Part shown: positions 12,111-21,618 of the stretch, one piece after another | Position numbering within the stretch: position 1 is the stretch's first letter | How the letters are laid out: every line of letters begins with the position of its first letter | Assembly (NCBI GenBank): GCA_965650885.1 | Contig: CBFGQI010000009.1 | Location: 185-64,184 of the forward strand | Source of the DNA: an uncultured Oxalobacteraceae bacterium | Lineage (GTDB): Bacteria; Pseudomonadota; Gammaproteobacteria; Burkholderiales; Burkholderiaceae_D | Length of the DNA: 64,000 bases | Direction: 5' to 3' | The notes under the pieces: model-generated | Seen by the model: only the letters and a program-made list of their open reading frames with translations | The model's database searches: none | Told to the model about the DNA's origin: nothing | Position numbers and translations under genes: made by a program

Positions 12111-13415
12111 ATGACATACCCCGCGAAAGTCCTCTGGAGCGAAGGCCTGTTCCTGCGGCCGCAGCACTTCCAGCAGCAGGACCGTTACCACGAAGCCCGC
12201 ATGCACGCCGCATTGCTTGCGGCGCAGCCAATGTTATGGGGTGTGCAGCTGGTCGAGTGGGACGCGGCGGCGCTGGCCAACGGCAAGCTGCGCCTGCTGG
12301 CCTTGCGTGCCATTTTCCGCGAAGGCGAAATATTCGACGCGCCAGCCGGCGATCCGCTGCCTCCGGTCATCGAGCTTGACGCGCTGCCGCCGGAGATGCA
12401 GGAAGTGACCTACCATGCCGCGCTGCCGTCGCTGGCATCGGAACGCTTCCAGCAGAGCGAGCACGAAACGGCGGACCTGTTCAGCGAAGCCTTGCCGGCC
12501 GGACTGACCTACTTGCGCAAACAGGTACGGCTGGTGTCGGACATGGAGCCGCGCGGCGCATACGACAGCTTTCCCCTGCTGCGCCTGCGCCGCGCCGTGT
12601 CGGGCAGTTTCGAGCACGATCCCTCGTTCATGCCGCCCACTCTCTCGATCGGCGCCACGGCCCGCCTCAAACTGCTGCTGGACCAGCTGATGGATGCCCT
12701 GCAGGCCAAGGCGAATGCCCTGCAAGGCCATCTGCGCGAGCCAAGCCGCAACGTGATCGAGTTCCGCGGCAGCGACGTCTCCTCGTTCTGGCTGCTGCAT
12801 ACCGTGTCCACATCGGCGGCGACGCTGCTGCACCTGTTGCGCCATCCCGCGCTGCATCCGGAACGGCTGTACCAGGCCATGCTTGGCCTGGCGGGTGGCC
12901 TGATGACCTATTCGCGCAAGGTGCACCTGGGCAGCCTGCCGGCCTATGACCATGCCGCACCCGGGCCCGCCTTCCTGCAATTGGACGCGCTGATCCGCGA
13001 ATTGCTCGACACCGTGATCTCCGCGCGCTATTTCGCCATCGCGCTGCGCGAGGAAAAGCCTGGCTACCACATCGGCAAGCTCGATTCCGGCAAGATCGGC
13101 GCCGGCGCCACACTCTACCTGGCCATGGCCGCCGCCATGCCGCTGCTGGAACTGGTCGATGCGGTGCCGCTGCGCGTCAAGGCGGGCGCACCGGACGACG
13201 TGGAGCAGTGCGTGCTGTCGGCCATGCCGGGCGTCAAGCTGGTGCATGCCCCCCAGGTGCCCTCCGCCATCCCGGTGCGTCCCGACACCTGCTATTTCGC
13301 GCTGGAGAACCGCGGCGTGCTGTACGAGCAGATGCTCAAGGCGCAATCGATTTCCATCTACGTGCCCGCAGGGATCAAGGAACTGCGGCTCGAACTCCTG
13401 GTGGTGACAGCATGA
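12111..13415 (+). CDS. tssK: T6SS baseplate protein TssK
   Basis: N-terminal signature VLWSEGLFLRPQHFQQQDRY. AAGGAGG RBS at 12099-12105. Confidence 0.9.
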   Translation: MTYPAKVLWSEGLFLRPQHFQQQDRYHEARMHAALLAAQPMLWGVQLVEWDAAALANGKLRLLALRAIFREGEIFDAPAGDPLPPVIELDALPPEMQEVTYHAALPSLASERFQQSEHETADLFSEALPAGLTYLRKQVRLVSDMEPRGAYDSFPLLRLRRAVSGSFEHDPSFMPPTLSIGATARLKLLLDQLMDALQAKANALQGHLREPSRNVIEFRGSDVSSFWLLHTVSTSAATLLHLLRHPALHPERLYQAMLGLAGGLMTYSRKVHLGSLPAYDHAAPGPAFLQLDALIRELLDTVISARYFAIALREEKPGYHIGKLDSGKIGAGATLYLAMAAAMPLLELVDAVPLRVKAGAPDDVEQCVLSAMPGVKLVHAPQVPSAIPVRPDTCYFALENRGVLYEQMLKAQSISIYVPAGIKELRLELLVVTA

Positions 13416-14158
13416 GCCATTTCATCGAACGGCGCGCAGCGCCGCCCCAGCAACGCGCGCCGGCCCTGGTGGACTTGATGCACGAGGGCTTCCACATGCT
13501 TTCCCTGCTGCGCCATGGCAGCGTGCCGCCGGGGGAGGCGGAATTCGCGGCCGCCATCCGCGGCTTCCTCGATACCGTCGGCAGCGAGGCGCGCGCGCAG
13601 CACATTGCCGCGGAAGACATCGAGGCGGCCCAGTACGCATTCTGCGCCGCGCTGGATGAAGCGATCCTGGCGTCGCGCTTCCCGCTGCGCAGCGCATGGG
13701 AACGCAGGCCCTTGCAATTGCTGCTGTTCGGCGACCAGCTCGCCGGCGAGCACTTCTTCGACAAGCTGGAGCAATTGCGCCTGCGCGGCAGCGAAAGGCT
13801 GCAAGCCTTGCAGGTCTTCCATATGTGCCTGCTGCTTGGCTTCAAAGGGCGCTACGCGCTGGACGGCGCCGACCGGCTGGCCTACCTGGCCGCCCGGCTG
13901 GGCGACGAAATCGCCCACCTGCGCGGCAAGGGAAAGGGCTTTGCGCCGCGCGCCGCGCGACCCGATAACGTCGCCCATAAGCTGCAAAGCAACGGCCCTT
14001 TGTGGATCGCCGGCGCCGTCTTCGGGCTGGCCGCCGCGTCCGCGTTCGGGGCCATGCGCTACTCGCTGGACAGCACCACCGATGCCGCGCTGGCCGGCTA
14101 CCAGGATGTCGTCAAGCAGCCGCCGCGCCAGGCCACGCTGCACGTGACCCTGCCTTGA
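13412..14158 (+). CDS. tssL: T6SS membrane complex protein TssL (DotU family), no peptidoglycan-binding extension
   Basis: ATGA overlap with the tssK stop. DotU-like cytoplasmic domain plus a single C-terminal TM segment (LWIAGAVFGLAAASAFGA). Confidence 0.85.
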   Translation: MSHFIERRAAPPQQRAPALVDLMHEGFHMLSLLRHGSVPPGEAEFAAAIRGFLDTVGSEARAQHIAAEDIEAAQYAFCAALDEAILASRFPLRSAWERRPLQLLLFGDQLAGEHFFDKLEQLRLRGSERLQALQVFHMCLLLGFKGRYALDGADRLAYLAARLGDEIAHLRGKGKGFAPRAARPDNVAHKLQSNGPLWIAGAVFGLAAASAFGAMRYSLDSTTDAALAGYQDVVKQPPRQATLHVTLP

Positions 14159-14164
14159 ACGGCA

Positions 14165-14929
14165 TCAGTCGGCGACGCGGAACTCGATGCGCCGGTTGCG
14201 CGCCCGGCCGTCGGCGCTGGTATTGTCCGCCACCGGCTGGTCCGGCCCGGCGCCGGCAATCGCAATGCTGGCCGCGGCGATACCCTTGCCGGCCAGGTAG
14301 CTGCGCACGGCACCGGCGCGCGCCAGGCTGAGCGACAGGTTGGCTTCGCGCGAGCCGGTATTGTCCGTGTGGCCGATCACTTCCACCTTGCGTTCGCCGA
14401 TCTGCATCATCGCCGCCGCCATTTCGTCCAGGATCTGCAGGCCGGAGGGCCGGAGCACGGCTTGTCCGCTTTCAAACTCGATGATGCGGCGCGCCAGCGC
14501 GCCATCGAGCACCTTCTGCGCAGGTGCGTTGACGCGCAAGCCATTGCTGATCGTGTAGCTCGGGTTCAGGCTGTTGGCCAGTGCGCTGGCCACCTGCTGG
14601 CGCAGCGCTTCGTTGGCGACGTCGCCACGGATCCCGACCCGGTTGCCTTCCACCGCCAACTGGCCCTGCGCCACTTGCTTCAACGGCTCGGACAGCAACT
14701 TCTGCATATGGCTGCTCCAGTTGGGCGGCGCCACGACATTGCCGACCACCAGTTGGTCCACCACACGCGCGGCGCCGTACAAGGACCGCAAGCGCTGCAC
14801 GATGGCCGCCTTGGTCGCCTCGTCCGGCACTGTGCCGGAAACCACCACAGGCAGGCTGCTGCCGGCTGGCGCCACCTGCGCGGCAGCCGCAGTGCAAATG
14901 ACACAGGTGATCGCGGCAAGGGGTCGCAT
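14165..14929 (-). CDS. BON-domain / OmpA-C-like peptidoglycan-binding protein (TagN/TagL-like accessory candidate)
   Basis: Signal peptide and BON-like repeats. OmpA_C motif (GHTDNTGSREANLSLSLARAGAVRSYL ... NRRIEF). Confidence 0.85.
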   Translation of the reverse strand: MRPLAAITCVICTAAAAQVAPAGSSLPVVVSGTVPDEATKAAIVQRLRSLYGAARVVDQLVVGNVVAPPNWSSHMQKLLSEPLKQVAQGQLAVEGNRVGIRGDVANEALRQQVASALANSLNPSYTISNGLRVNAPAQKVLDGALARRIIEFESGQAVLRPSGLQILDEMAAAMMQIGERKVEVIGHTDNTGSREANLSLSLARAGAVRSYLAGKGIAAASIAIAGAGPDQPVADNTSADGRARNRRIEFRVAD

Positions 14930-14944
14930 GGTTCCGTCTCCCAG

Positions 14945-15883
14945 TCAGCAAAAGGTTTCTCCGAACAGCCGTATGGCAGCGGGCAATCCAAGCTGCTCCT
15001 GCTCGAGGCAAGCGGCCAGGCGCTGCAAGGCGGGTTCGCCGCCGAGCTCCTGCTCGACCCAGGCGCAGTCGCTGAGGAACACCATGCTTTCCTGCGCCGT
15101 GTCCGGATCGATGACGGCGCGCAGGCTGGCCGGGTTGGCGCCATCCAAGCCCAGGACCAGGGCCGGCTGGCCGCCGGCGCGGGCCAGGAACATGGCCAAT
15201 TCCAGGTCCTGGCGCGTCAACAGCGGCGCCGCCAAGGTCATCCAGAACGAGGCGACCGCCAGCCGCAATGCCGCGTCGTGCGGCAGGGGCAAGGCCAGGC
15301 AGCGCGACGGCAGCGGCGCGCGCCGGCGCAGCGGCGACAGCAGCAGCCCCAATGCGAGCAGCAGGCGCCGCGCCCGTGCGCTGCCGGACCGGCCCGGCAG
15401 CGACGCTTCCAGGTCGGCCAGGCAGGCGCCGGCCAGGTAGCCGTCCAATTGCGCGCGCCCCGCCGCCAGGTCCGGCAGGCCGCCCGGCGCGAGGCCTTCG
15501 GGCCGCCGCACCTCGGCCGCACCGGCGGCCGCCGCCAGCCCGGCCCAGGCCGGCGCCAGGGCCAGCGGGCTGCACGGCAGGAAGTCGCGCGGCTGCGCCA
15601 CCTGGTGCACCCACAGGCAGGCAAACGGGAAGCGCCGCGCCGACTGGTCGCGGCTGGCCAGCAGGTGCCCGGCGACGACCTGGCGCGAACGCGTCCCGAC
15701 GAAGGCGAAATCGAGCGGCGCACATGCATCGTAATGTTGCCGCCAGCGCGGATTGGCCGCCAGGCCTTGCATGGCGTTGGCCAGCCATTGGTCGGTCAGT
15801 TCCACCAGCACCTGGTCGCCCGGCGAACGCACGAAGTCGCCGCATTCCGGCAACTTGCCGAAGTAGGCAATGCGGCCCGTCAT
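14945..15883 (-). CDS. tagF: T6SS-associated protein TagF
   Basis: N-terminal YFGKLPECGDFV signature. ATGA overlap with the tssM stop. Confidence 0.85.
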   Translation of the reverse strand: MTGRIAYFGKLPECGDFVRSPGDQVLVELTDQWLANAMQGLAANPRWRQHYDACAPLDFAFVGTRSRQVVAGHLLASRDQSARRFPFACLWVHQVAQPRDFLPCSPLALAPAWAGLAAAAGAAEVRRPEGLAPGGLPDLAAGRAQLDGYLAGACLADLEASLPGRSGSARARRLLLALGLLLSPLRRRAPLPSRCLALPLPHDAALRLAVASFWMTLAAPLLTRQDLELAMFLARAGGQPALVLGLDGANPASLRAVIDPDTAQESMVFLSDCAWVEQELGGEPALQRLAACLEQEQLGLPAAIRLFGETFC

Positions 15884-18800
15884 GGCGCGCTTCCTTTGCC
15901 GGCGACCGACTCGGGCAGGCGCATGCCGCGGAAGCCGCCGGCCTCCTGCCCGCCACCGGCCGCGCTGGTGATGCGCAGGTCCACCGTGACGGCAATGGCG
16001 CCATTATTCCAGCGCAGTTCATGCACGCCGCCCTCCTTGCGCGTGCGCGCGGCCGAGTCGATCATCCGGCGCATGCCGGCGGCGCCGCTTTCGCTGAACA
16101 GTTCCACCACCTTGCCGTCGGGCGTGACGCCGCTGATCCGTACCGCGCCGGTGCCTTGCGGTCCCGGATAGACCATATTCGTCCATTGCGGCACGCCGTT
16201 ACGAAAGCGCAGCAGCTGGCCATCGATCTCCAGCGAATATTCGGCAAGTCCGGCGGCGCCGTGCGGCAACAGCTGGAACACCGTCTGCGGCGATGCCGCC
16301 ACGCCTCCGGCTGACAGGGGCGCCATCCATGCCGGGAAGCGCTGCAAGGTCTGCGGCGCAATGCTGATCCCCATGTCGGCCCAGGTGCGCGGCGCCAGCA
16401 CGTCGCCGCGCCGCACCACCAGCGCGCCAAGCGAGCCGGCGACGAACTTGGCGATGGCCCCATCCGGCCCGAACACCTGGCCGATCTCGGCCTGGCTGGC
16501 CTCCGCGCTCCCGCCTGGCGCGAAGGGAAACTTGGCTGCCAGCGTGCGCATGAAGGGCTGGTAGACTTGCGCCTGCCATGTCTTGTTGATTTCCGCTTCC
16601 GTGGGGCCCACCAGGCCCGCAAACGCCTGCATCAGCGGCCTGACCAGCAAAGGACGGATGGCCAGCTTCTGCGCCTCGGTCATGCCCGCCATCATCTGCT
16701 CGTCCACGTGGCGCACCGCATCGGCCAGCTCGGAGCCGTTGCCTTCCAGCGTCTGCTGCATCAATTGCCGGGCACCGGGACCCGGGTCGCCCTGGTTACG
16801 TATGCCGTTCAGCCGTGCCCGCAAGCGCGACAGGTGCTCGAGATATGTGCGCATCAGGGAGGCATCCTTGTCGCGCGTCGCCAGCAGGCCGGCCAGCGGC
16901 GCAAACTCGCGGCCAAGGGAGCCAGCCTGCGGCAGCGCCGCCGCCACCGCAGCGGCCGCGGGCGCCCGCTCGAACAGGCGCGATTTGATCCATTGCGCCA
17001 GCCCCGGATCGGCCTGGCGCATGGTGCCGTCCTGCAGGCCCAGGTGGTCCCAGCCCGTTTGCGCGACCACCGTGCTCCACACTTTCAGCAGCGGCGAAAT
17101 CGTGGGGTCGCCCAGGCGGTTCATGGCTTCCACCGTACGCGGGAAGTCCGGCATGCCGGCAATTGCCACGCCCTGCAGGAAGGCTTGCCATTCCCTGGCA
17201 TATTCGGCCTTGTAGCTTTCGGTGAGTGCCTTCTGCACCTGTTCCGGACTGCCTTCCAGCGTCAAGTCGTTGCGCTCCGCTGTTTTCAGCACCCAGTCGC
17301 TCGATTGCAGGGTACTGTTTGCCGCCTCGCTGATCGCCGCGCGCACATAGCCTTCCCAGGCTTCGCGGGTGAACGCCCCGGAAACCGCATGGCTGCCCAG
17401 CACCAGCGCGCGGTCTTGCTCGCCAACGATGCGCGACACCGTCATGGCGGGATAGCGCGTGCTGGCGCGGGCCTTGATCCCGGCGTAGACGCGTTCGCGC
17501 GCCGTCATGCCGCGCACCAGCTGCCGCAAGTGTTCGCGCGCCGCGTCGACCAGTGCCAGCCTGGGCTCGATGCGCGGCCAGGCCGGGTCGTTGACCTGGG
17601 TCAGGTAAAAGGCCAACAAGGATTCGGCGCTGCGCAACAGCTGCTCACGCGGCATCGCCCCGCGGTTGGTTTCCAGCCAGGTGCGCCAATGGCGCGTCAA
17701 CTGGTCGCCGAGGTGGCTGGTTTCGGCATGGGATTTATCGGCCAGCATCAGGTAGGCTTTCAAGGCATTGTATGCATCTTCCACCTTGCCAGGTTCCCGT
17801 CCGGACAATTGCGCTTCCAGGCTGCCGGCGACCGGTTTCAGCAGGATCTCCGCCATCCCTTTGAAATATTCGCTGCGCAGCTTTCGCTCCAGTGTATGGC
17901 CCTGGTACAGGCCCAGTCCCAACAGCCATGGGGTTTCGCGGTCCAGCTTATCGAGCTGCTCGATCCGATCCTGCAACAGTTGCAGCGCTTCCAGGCGCGA
18001 TTGCAGGTCCGGCCGCTGCGCTTGCAGCTTGACGACCTTGTCCAGGTCCGCCGCCGCATGCGCGACCAACTGCGCATTGCCGGAGTACGCCCAGGTCCAG
18101 GCGCCCAGCAGCGCGCCCAGCAGGAGCGTCGCGACTGCCAAGCCGCCATTGCGCAACAGCCGCTGCCTGCGGCTGGCGTATTGCGAGACCAGGTCCTTGT
18201 CGGCAAAGATCACGTCGCGGAACAGGCGTGACAGGAAATAGCCGGCCGCCGCGGCGGGGCGTGCGGCACCATCGGCCGGCCGGGCCAGGCCGAAGCGCTG
18301 GGCGACGCGCTGGGATTGCGTGCACAAGGGATGCCCCTCCTGCAACGCGCTGGTGAAGTAGTAGCCCCGGAACACCGGCCGGAACTGGAAAGGGTTGTCT
18401 TCGAACAGCGTCGCGAGGAAGGCCTTCAGCGGGGCACGCAGGGCGGCAAATTCCAGGGGAAAGGTATGCACGCCGGCAGGCACCAGTTCGCGGCGGCGCT
18501 GCGTCATGGTGGCGACGGCCATATCGCGCAGGCCGTCGCACAATTCATCGAAACTCTGTTCGAAGAACGCCAGCATGTCGCGGCAGCCCGCCTTCTGGCG
18601 GAACGGCATCGTTGCGCCCCACGGGCGCTCGCGCTCCGGCGTATCGGCATCGATGAAGAATTCGGCAAATCCCGCCACCAGGTCGGCTTTGGTGAACATC
18701 ACGTACACGGGCGCGAAGACTTCCAGCTTTTCGATCAAGTCCTGCACGCGCTGGCGCAGGCTGCGCGCCAGCGCCAGCACGGCCTCGGGATCTTCGCCGC

Positions 18801-19473
18801 GCAGCTCGGCGATGCTGACGGCGATGATGATGCCGTTGACCGGTGCCCGCGGCCTGTGCTTCTTCAGCAAGCCAAGGAAGCCGTGCCACTCTTCCCTGTC
18901 GGCGGCTTGCACCGCATAACGGCCAGCCGTATCGAGCAGGATGCCTTGCGCCGTGAAGAACCAGTCGCAATGGCGCGTACCGCCGACACCCTGGATCGCC
19001 CTCGGATCCGAAAAGGGGAATTGCAGGCCGGATTGCGTAATGGCGCTGCTCTTGCCCGCCGCCGGGTTGCCGATCACCATATACCAAGGGAGTTCGTACA
19101 GCGCGCGGGCACCGGTGGCGCGGCCAAGGCGCGAATTCCTGATGGTGCCGACGGCTTCCGCCATCGCATTGCGCACCGCTTCGAGGTCGGCCTCGGCACG
19201 CCTTTCGGCAGGCGCCACAGGTTCGGCTTCGCGCCGCCGCGCCAGGTAGCGGCGCGCGCCCCAAACCGCCAGGGCCAGCAGGGCGAGCGCCGCGACGGCC
19301 GCCACCGCCCATACCAGCGCAAGTTGCAGGAGTTCGGCGCCGAGGAAGAACAGGCCCGCCACCAGGGCGAGAGCCAGGACGTTCAAAGTGCGCCTGTCTG
19401 TCAGCAGGTACCAGGTTCGTTGCAGCATGATGGGCTGAGAAAAGGTGGGCAGGTTGGCCGATGTTGCCACCAA
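15880..19473 (-). CDS. tssM: T6SS membrane complex protein TssM (IcmF)
   Basis: N-terminal TM segments, Walker A (GNPAAGKSS) and an IcmF-type periplasmic region, ~1190 aa. Start is uncertain: TTG at 19473 or ATG at 19428. Confidence 0.95.
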   Translation of the reverse strand: MVATSANLPTFSQPIMLQRTWYLLTDRRTLNVLALALVAGLFFLGAELLQLALVWAVAAVAALALLALAVWGARRYLARRREAEPVAPAERRAEADLEAVRNAMAEAVGTIRNSRLGRATGARALYELPWYMVIGNPAAGKSSAITQSGLQFPFSDPRAIQGVGGTRHCDWFFTAQGILLDTAGRYAVQAADREEWHGFLGLLKKHRPRAPVNGIIIAVSIAELRGEDPEAVLALARSLRQRVQDLIEKLEVFAPVYVMFTKADLVAGFAEFFIDADTPERERPWGATMPFRQKAGCRDMLAFFEQSFDELCDGLRDMAVATMTQRRRELVPAGVHTFPLEFAALRAPLKAFLATLFEDNPFQFRPVFRGYYFTSALQEGHPLCTQSQRVAQRFGLARPADGAARPAAAAGYFLSRLFRDVIFADKDLVSQYASRRQRLLRNGGLAVATLLLGALLGAWTWAYSGNAQLVAHAAADLDKVVKLQAQRPDLQSRLEALQLLQDRIEQLDKLDRETPWLLGLGLYQGHTLERKLRSEYFKGMAEILLKPVAGSLEAQLSGREPGKVEDAYNALKAYLMLADKSHAETSHLGDQLTRHWRTWLETNRGAMPREQLLRSAESLLAFYLTQVNDPAWPRIEPRLALVDAAREHLRQLVRGMTARERVYAGIKARASTRYPAMTVSRIVGEQDRALVLGSHAVSGAFTREAWEGYVRAAISEAANSTLQSSDWVLKTAERNDLTLEGSPEQVQKALTESYKAEYAREWQAFLQGVAIAGMPDFPRTVEAMNRLGDPTISPLLKVWSTVVAQTGWDHLGLQDGTMRQADPGLAQWIKSRLFERAPAAAAVAAALPQAGSLGREFAPLAGLLATRDKDASLMRTYLEHLSRLRARLNGIRNQGDPGPGARQLMQQTLEGNGSELADAVRHVDEQMMAGMTEAQKLAIRPLLVRPLMQAFAGLVGPTEAEINKTWQAQVYQPFMRTLAAKFPFAPGGSAEASQAEIGQVFGPDGAIAKFVAGSLGALVVRRGDVLAPRTWADMGISIAPQTLQRFPAWMAPLSAGGVAASPQTVFQLLPHGAAGLAEYSLEIDGQLLRFRNGVPQWTNMVYPGPQGTGAVRISGVTPDGKVVELFSESGAAGMRRMIDSAARTRKEGGVHELRWNNGAIAVTVDLRITSAAGGGQEAGGFRGMRLPESVAGKGSAP

Positions 19474-19498
19474 GCCGGACCACGCCTCTTGAGCCGCC

Positions 19499-20224
19499 TC
19501 AAGCCCTCGTCTCGCGTGAGCGCAATTCGGTATGGCCGAAGTCCATCATGGTCCAGCGGCCGCCCCACACCATGCCGACCGATTCGGCCACCTGCCCATA
19601 CAACTGATAGCCGCGCATGGCCCAGGGATCGCGTTCGCTGATCACCAGCTTGCCTGCGCGGACGAAGGCGCAATCCGCAGCCAGTCCGTATTGATGGAAG
19701 CTCTGGAAGGCGCGCGCATTGCTGACATGGTTGCCGGCCGCCGCCAGCCGTTCCTGCCGCTCCGGACTGCGGTAACCCTCCAGCAGCGCCATCTCGTAAC
19801 CGTGGCGTTCCCGCATCACGTTGAATACCACCAGCAGCCGCTGCGCGAAGTCCTGGTCCAGGCGCTGCCAATCGCGGTCGGCCTGCGACAGCATGGGCCG
19901 CAACAACTCCACGTCGGCGCTGGCGAAGGCCAGCGGCGGCGGGGGCGGCGGCGGCACCAGCTGCTCGCCGTGCAGCAAAGCGGTAATGAGCGGGTCGGCA
20001 CTGCGCTGACCGTCGTCGAACACGGGAAGCATCTGCCGCGGACGCAGCCAACGCACCAGCAAAGGCGGCATGCCTGCCAGGAAGGCGGTGCCGGCGCCGA
20101 TCAGCAGCAGGCGGCGCTGGCGCCGGCAGGGCTTGCGCCTGGGTGGAAAGAGCAACAGCCAGCCAGTGGCGCTGGCAGCGACGAAGATGCCGGCAACGAT
20201 AAATGGCAACATGGTGCGTTCCAT
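19499..20224 (-). CDS. Membrane-anchored peptidase M15 (VanY/L,D-endopeptidase-like; TagX-like)
   Basis: N-terminal TM segment (MLPFIVAGIFVAASATGWLLLF). Zn-binding H-x6-D (SFHQYGLAAD) and a second His (DFGHTE). Directly upstream of tssM in the same orientation. Alternative ATG at 20212. Confidence 0.75.
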   Translation of the reverse strand: MERTMLPFIVAGIFVAASATGWLLLFPPRRKPCRRQRRLLLIGAGTAFLAGMPPLLVRWLRPRQMLPVFDDGQRSADPLITALLHGEQLVPPPPPPPLAFASADVELLRPMLSQADRDWQRLDQDFAQRLLVVFNVMRERHGYEMALLEGYRSPERQERLAAAGNHVSNARAFQSFHQYGLAADCAFVRAGKLVISERDPWAMRGYQLYGQVAESVGMVWGGRWTMMDFGHTELRSRETRA

Positions 20225-20315
20225 CAATACGAAAGCGCATGAGGCGCGCGACACTTGCATCCTATGCCGTCCTGCATCCGGATGGGTCGAGCAAGATCAA
20301 GCTTTGGGAGGACTT

Positions 20316-20864
20316 ATGCGGCCGGACTTGTTTGCGGGGTCCGCCATGCGCGACGATAGCCACCGGCTCCTGGCGCGACTGGCAAATGGTGGCAGCGTGC
20401 CGGCGCCGGCACGGGACTGGGCCTGGAATGCGCCGCACAAGGCGCGCATCGTTGCAGTGGCGGCCTTGCTGGCTGCCGGCATATCAGCCTGGGCCTGGCT
20501 GCGGGACGACGGCGGCGCAACGCCGCCCCAGGCAGCACCGCGTCAGCCGTCCGCCGGCATGGGGAATGCCGGCGCCGCGCCGCCGCAGCCCGCAACCATC
20601 GTCTATGCCGCTTCGCCTCAGGGTCCGCAGGCGGCATCGATTCCCGTTGCCGCCACCGTCGGCGAGGCGGCCTCCCCAGCTGCCGCCGCGCCCGCGCCAA
20701 CGGTGTCAAAACCCGGCCGCCAGCGCCCGGCCAAGCCGGCCGCCGAGCAGCGCGGGCGGCCCAGCGTTCCAGCGCAGGAAAACGACGAGGATGTCACCCT
20801 GCTCACGGCGATGCTCAAGCATGCCACGCCTCAGAAGCCGGCGCCTGAGCCGCCAAAGCAATGA
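20316..20864 (+). CDS. Hypothetical single-pass membrane protein, Pro/Ala-rich
   Basis: GGGAGGA RBS before the ATG at 20316. One TM segment (IVAVAALLAAGISAWAW), then low-complexity P/A sequence. The 3' end overlaps the convergent hydrolase gene by 50 nt. Confidence 0.45.
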   Translation: MRPDLFAGSAMRDDSHRLLARLANGGSVPAPARDWAWNAPHKARIVAVAALLAAGISAWAWLRDDGGATPPQAAPRQPSAGMGNAGAAPPQPATIVYAASPQGPQAASIPVAATVGEAASPAAAAPAPTVSKPGRQRPAKPAAEQRGRPSVPAQENDEDVTLLTAMLKHATPQKPAPEPPKQ

Positions 20865-21609
20865 TGAAGTCGGCCATCGTCTGGAGCGTTGCTTCCGGCT
20901 GTTCGATGTGCGGGCTGTGGCCGCAGCCAGGCAGCACCCGCTGCCGCGCGCCTGGCACGCCGCGCTCGATGGCATCCAGTTGCGCCTGCGAGCCATACTG
21001 GTCGGCGCTGCCCTGCACTGCCAGCAAGGGGCAAGCGACGGCCGGCAGCAGGTGTTCGATATTCCAGTGCTGGAACGGCGGCGCCAGCCAGGTATCAGCC
21101 CATGAGCCGAACACCTCTCCCGCCTTGCTGCCGTGATAGCGTGACAAGCCGCGCAGCTTGCCGGCCGCATGGGCGCAGACCGCCGAGCGGATGCCGTCCA
21201 GCGTAATCTCTTCCACGAAAACGTGCGCCGCGGCGGTGACGACGCCGCGCAAGCCCGGCGGCCGCCCTGCCGCGTAGATCAATGCAATGCTGCCGCCATC
21301 CGAGTGGCCGACGACGATATGTTCGCGGCCCCGCGCCAGGCGGTCCATCACTGCCGGCAGTTCGGACAGCGCAGATTGGTGCAGGTAATGAATGCTGCGC
21401 GTTTCCCTTTGCGGCGACGATTGGCCGTAGCCAAGCCGGTCATAGACCAGGCCCGCGCAACCGGTGGCTGCGCACAAGCGCTCCGGAAAGCCCTTCCACA
21501 TGGCGATGCAGCCAAGCCCTTCGTGCAGGAACACCAGCAATGGTTTGTGCCGGTCGCCCTCGATCAGCTCGTAGTGCAGTTGCGTCCCGCCCAGCTCCAA
21601 TTGGGGCAT
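20815..21609 (-). CDS. Alpha/beta-fold hydrolase
   Basis: HEG oxyanion region (LVFLHEGLG) and nucleophile elbow G-H-S-D-G (VVGHSDGGSIA). 264 aa. Confidence 0.85.
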   Translation of the reverse strand: MPQLELGGTQLHYELIEGDRHKPLLVFLHEGLGCIAMWKGFPERLCAATGCAGLVYDRLGYGQSSPQRETRSIHYLHQSALSELPAVMDRLARGREHIVVGHSDGGSIALIYAAGRPPGLRGVVTAAAHVFVEEITLDGIRSAVCAHAAGKLRGLSRYHGSKAGEVFGSWADTWLAPPFQHWNIEHLLPAVACPLLAVQGSADQYGSQAQLDAIERGVPGARQRVLPGCGHSPHIEQPEATLQTMADFIIALAAQAPASEAWHA

Positions 21610-21618
21610 GTCCGGCTC

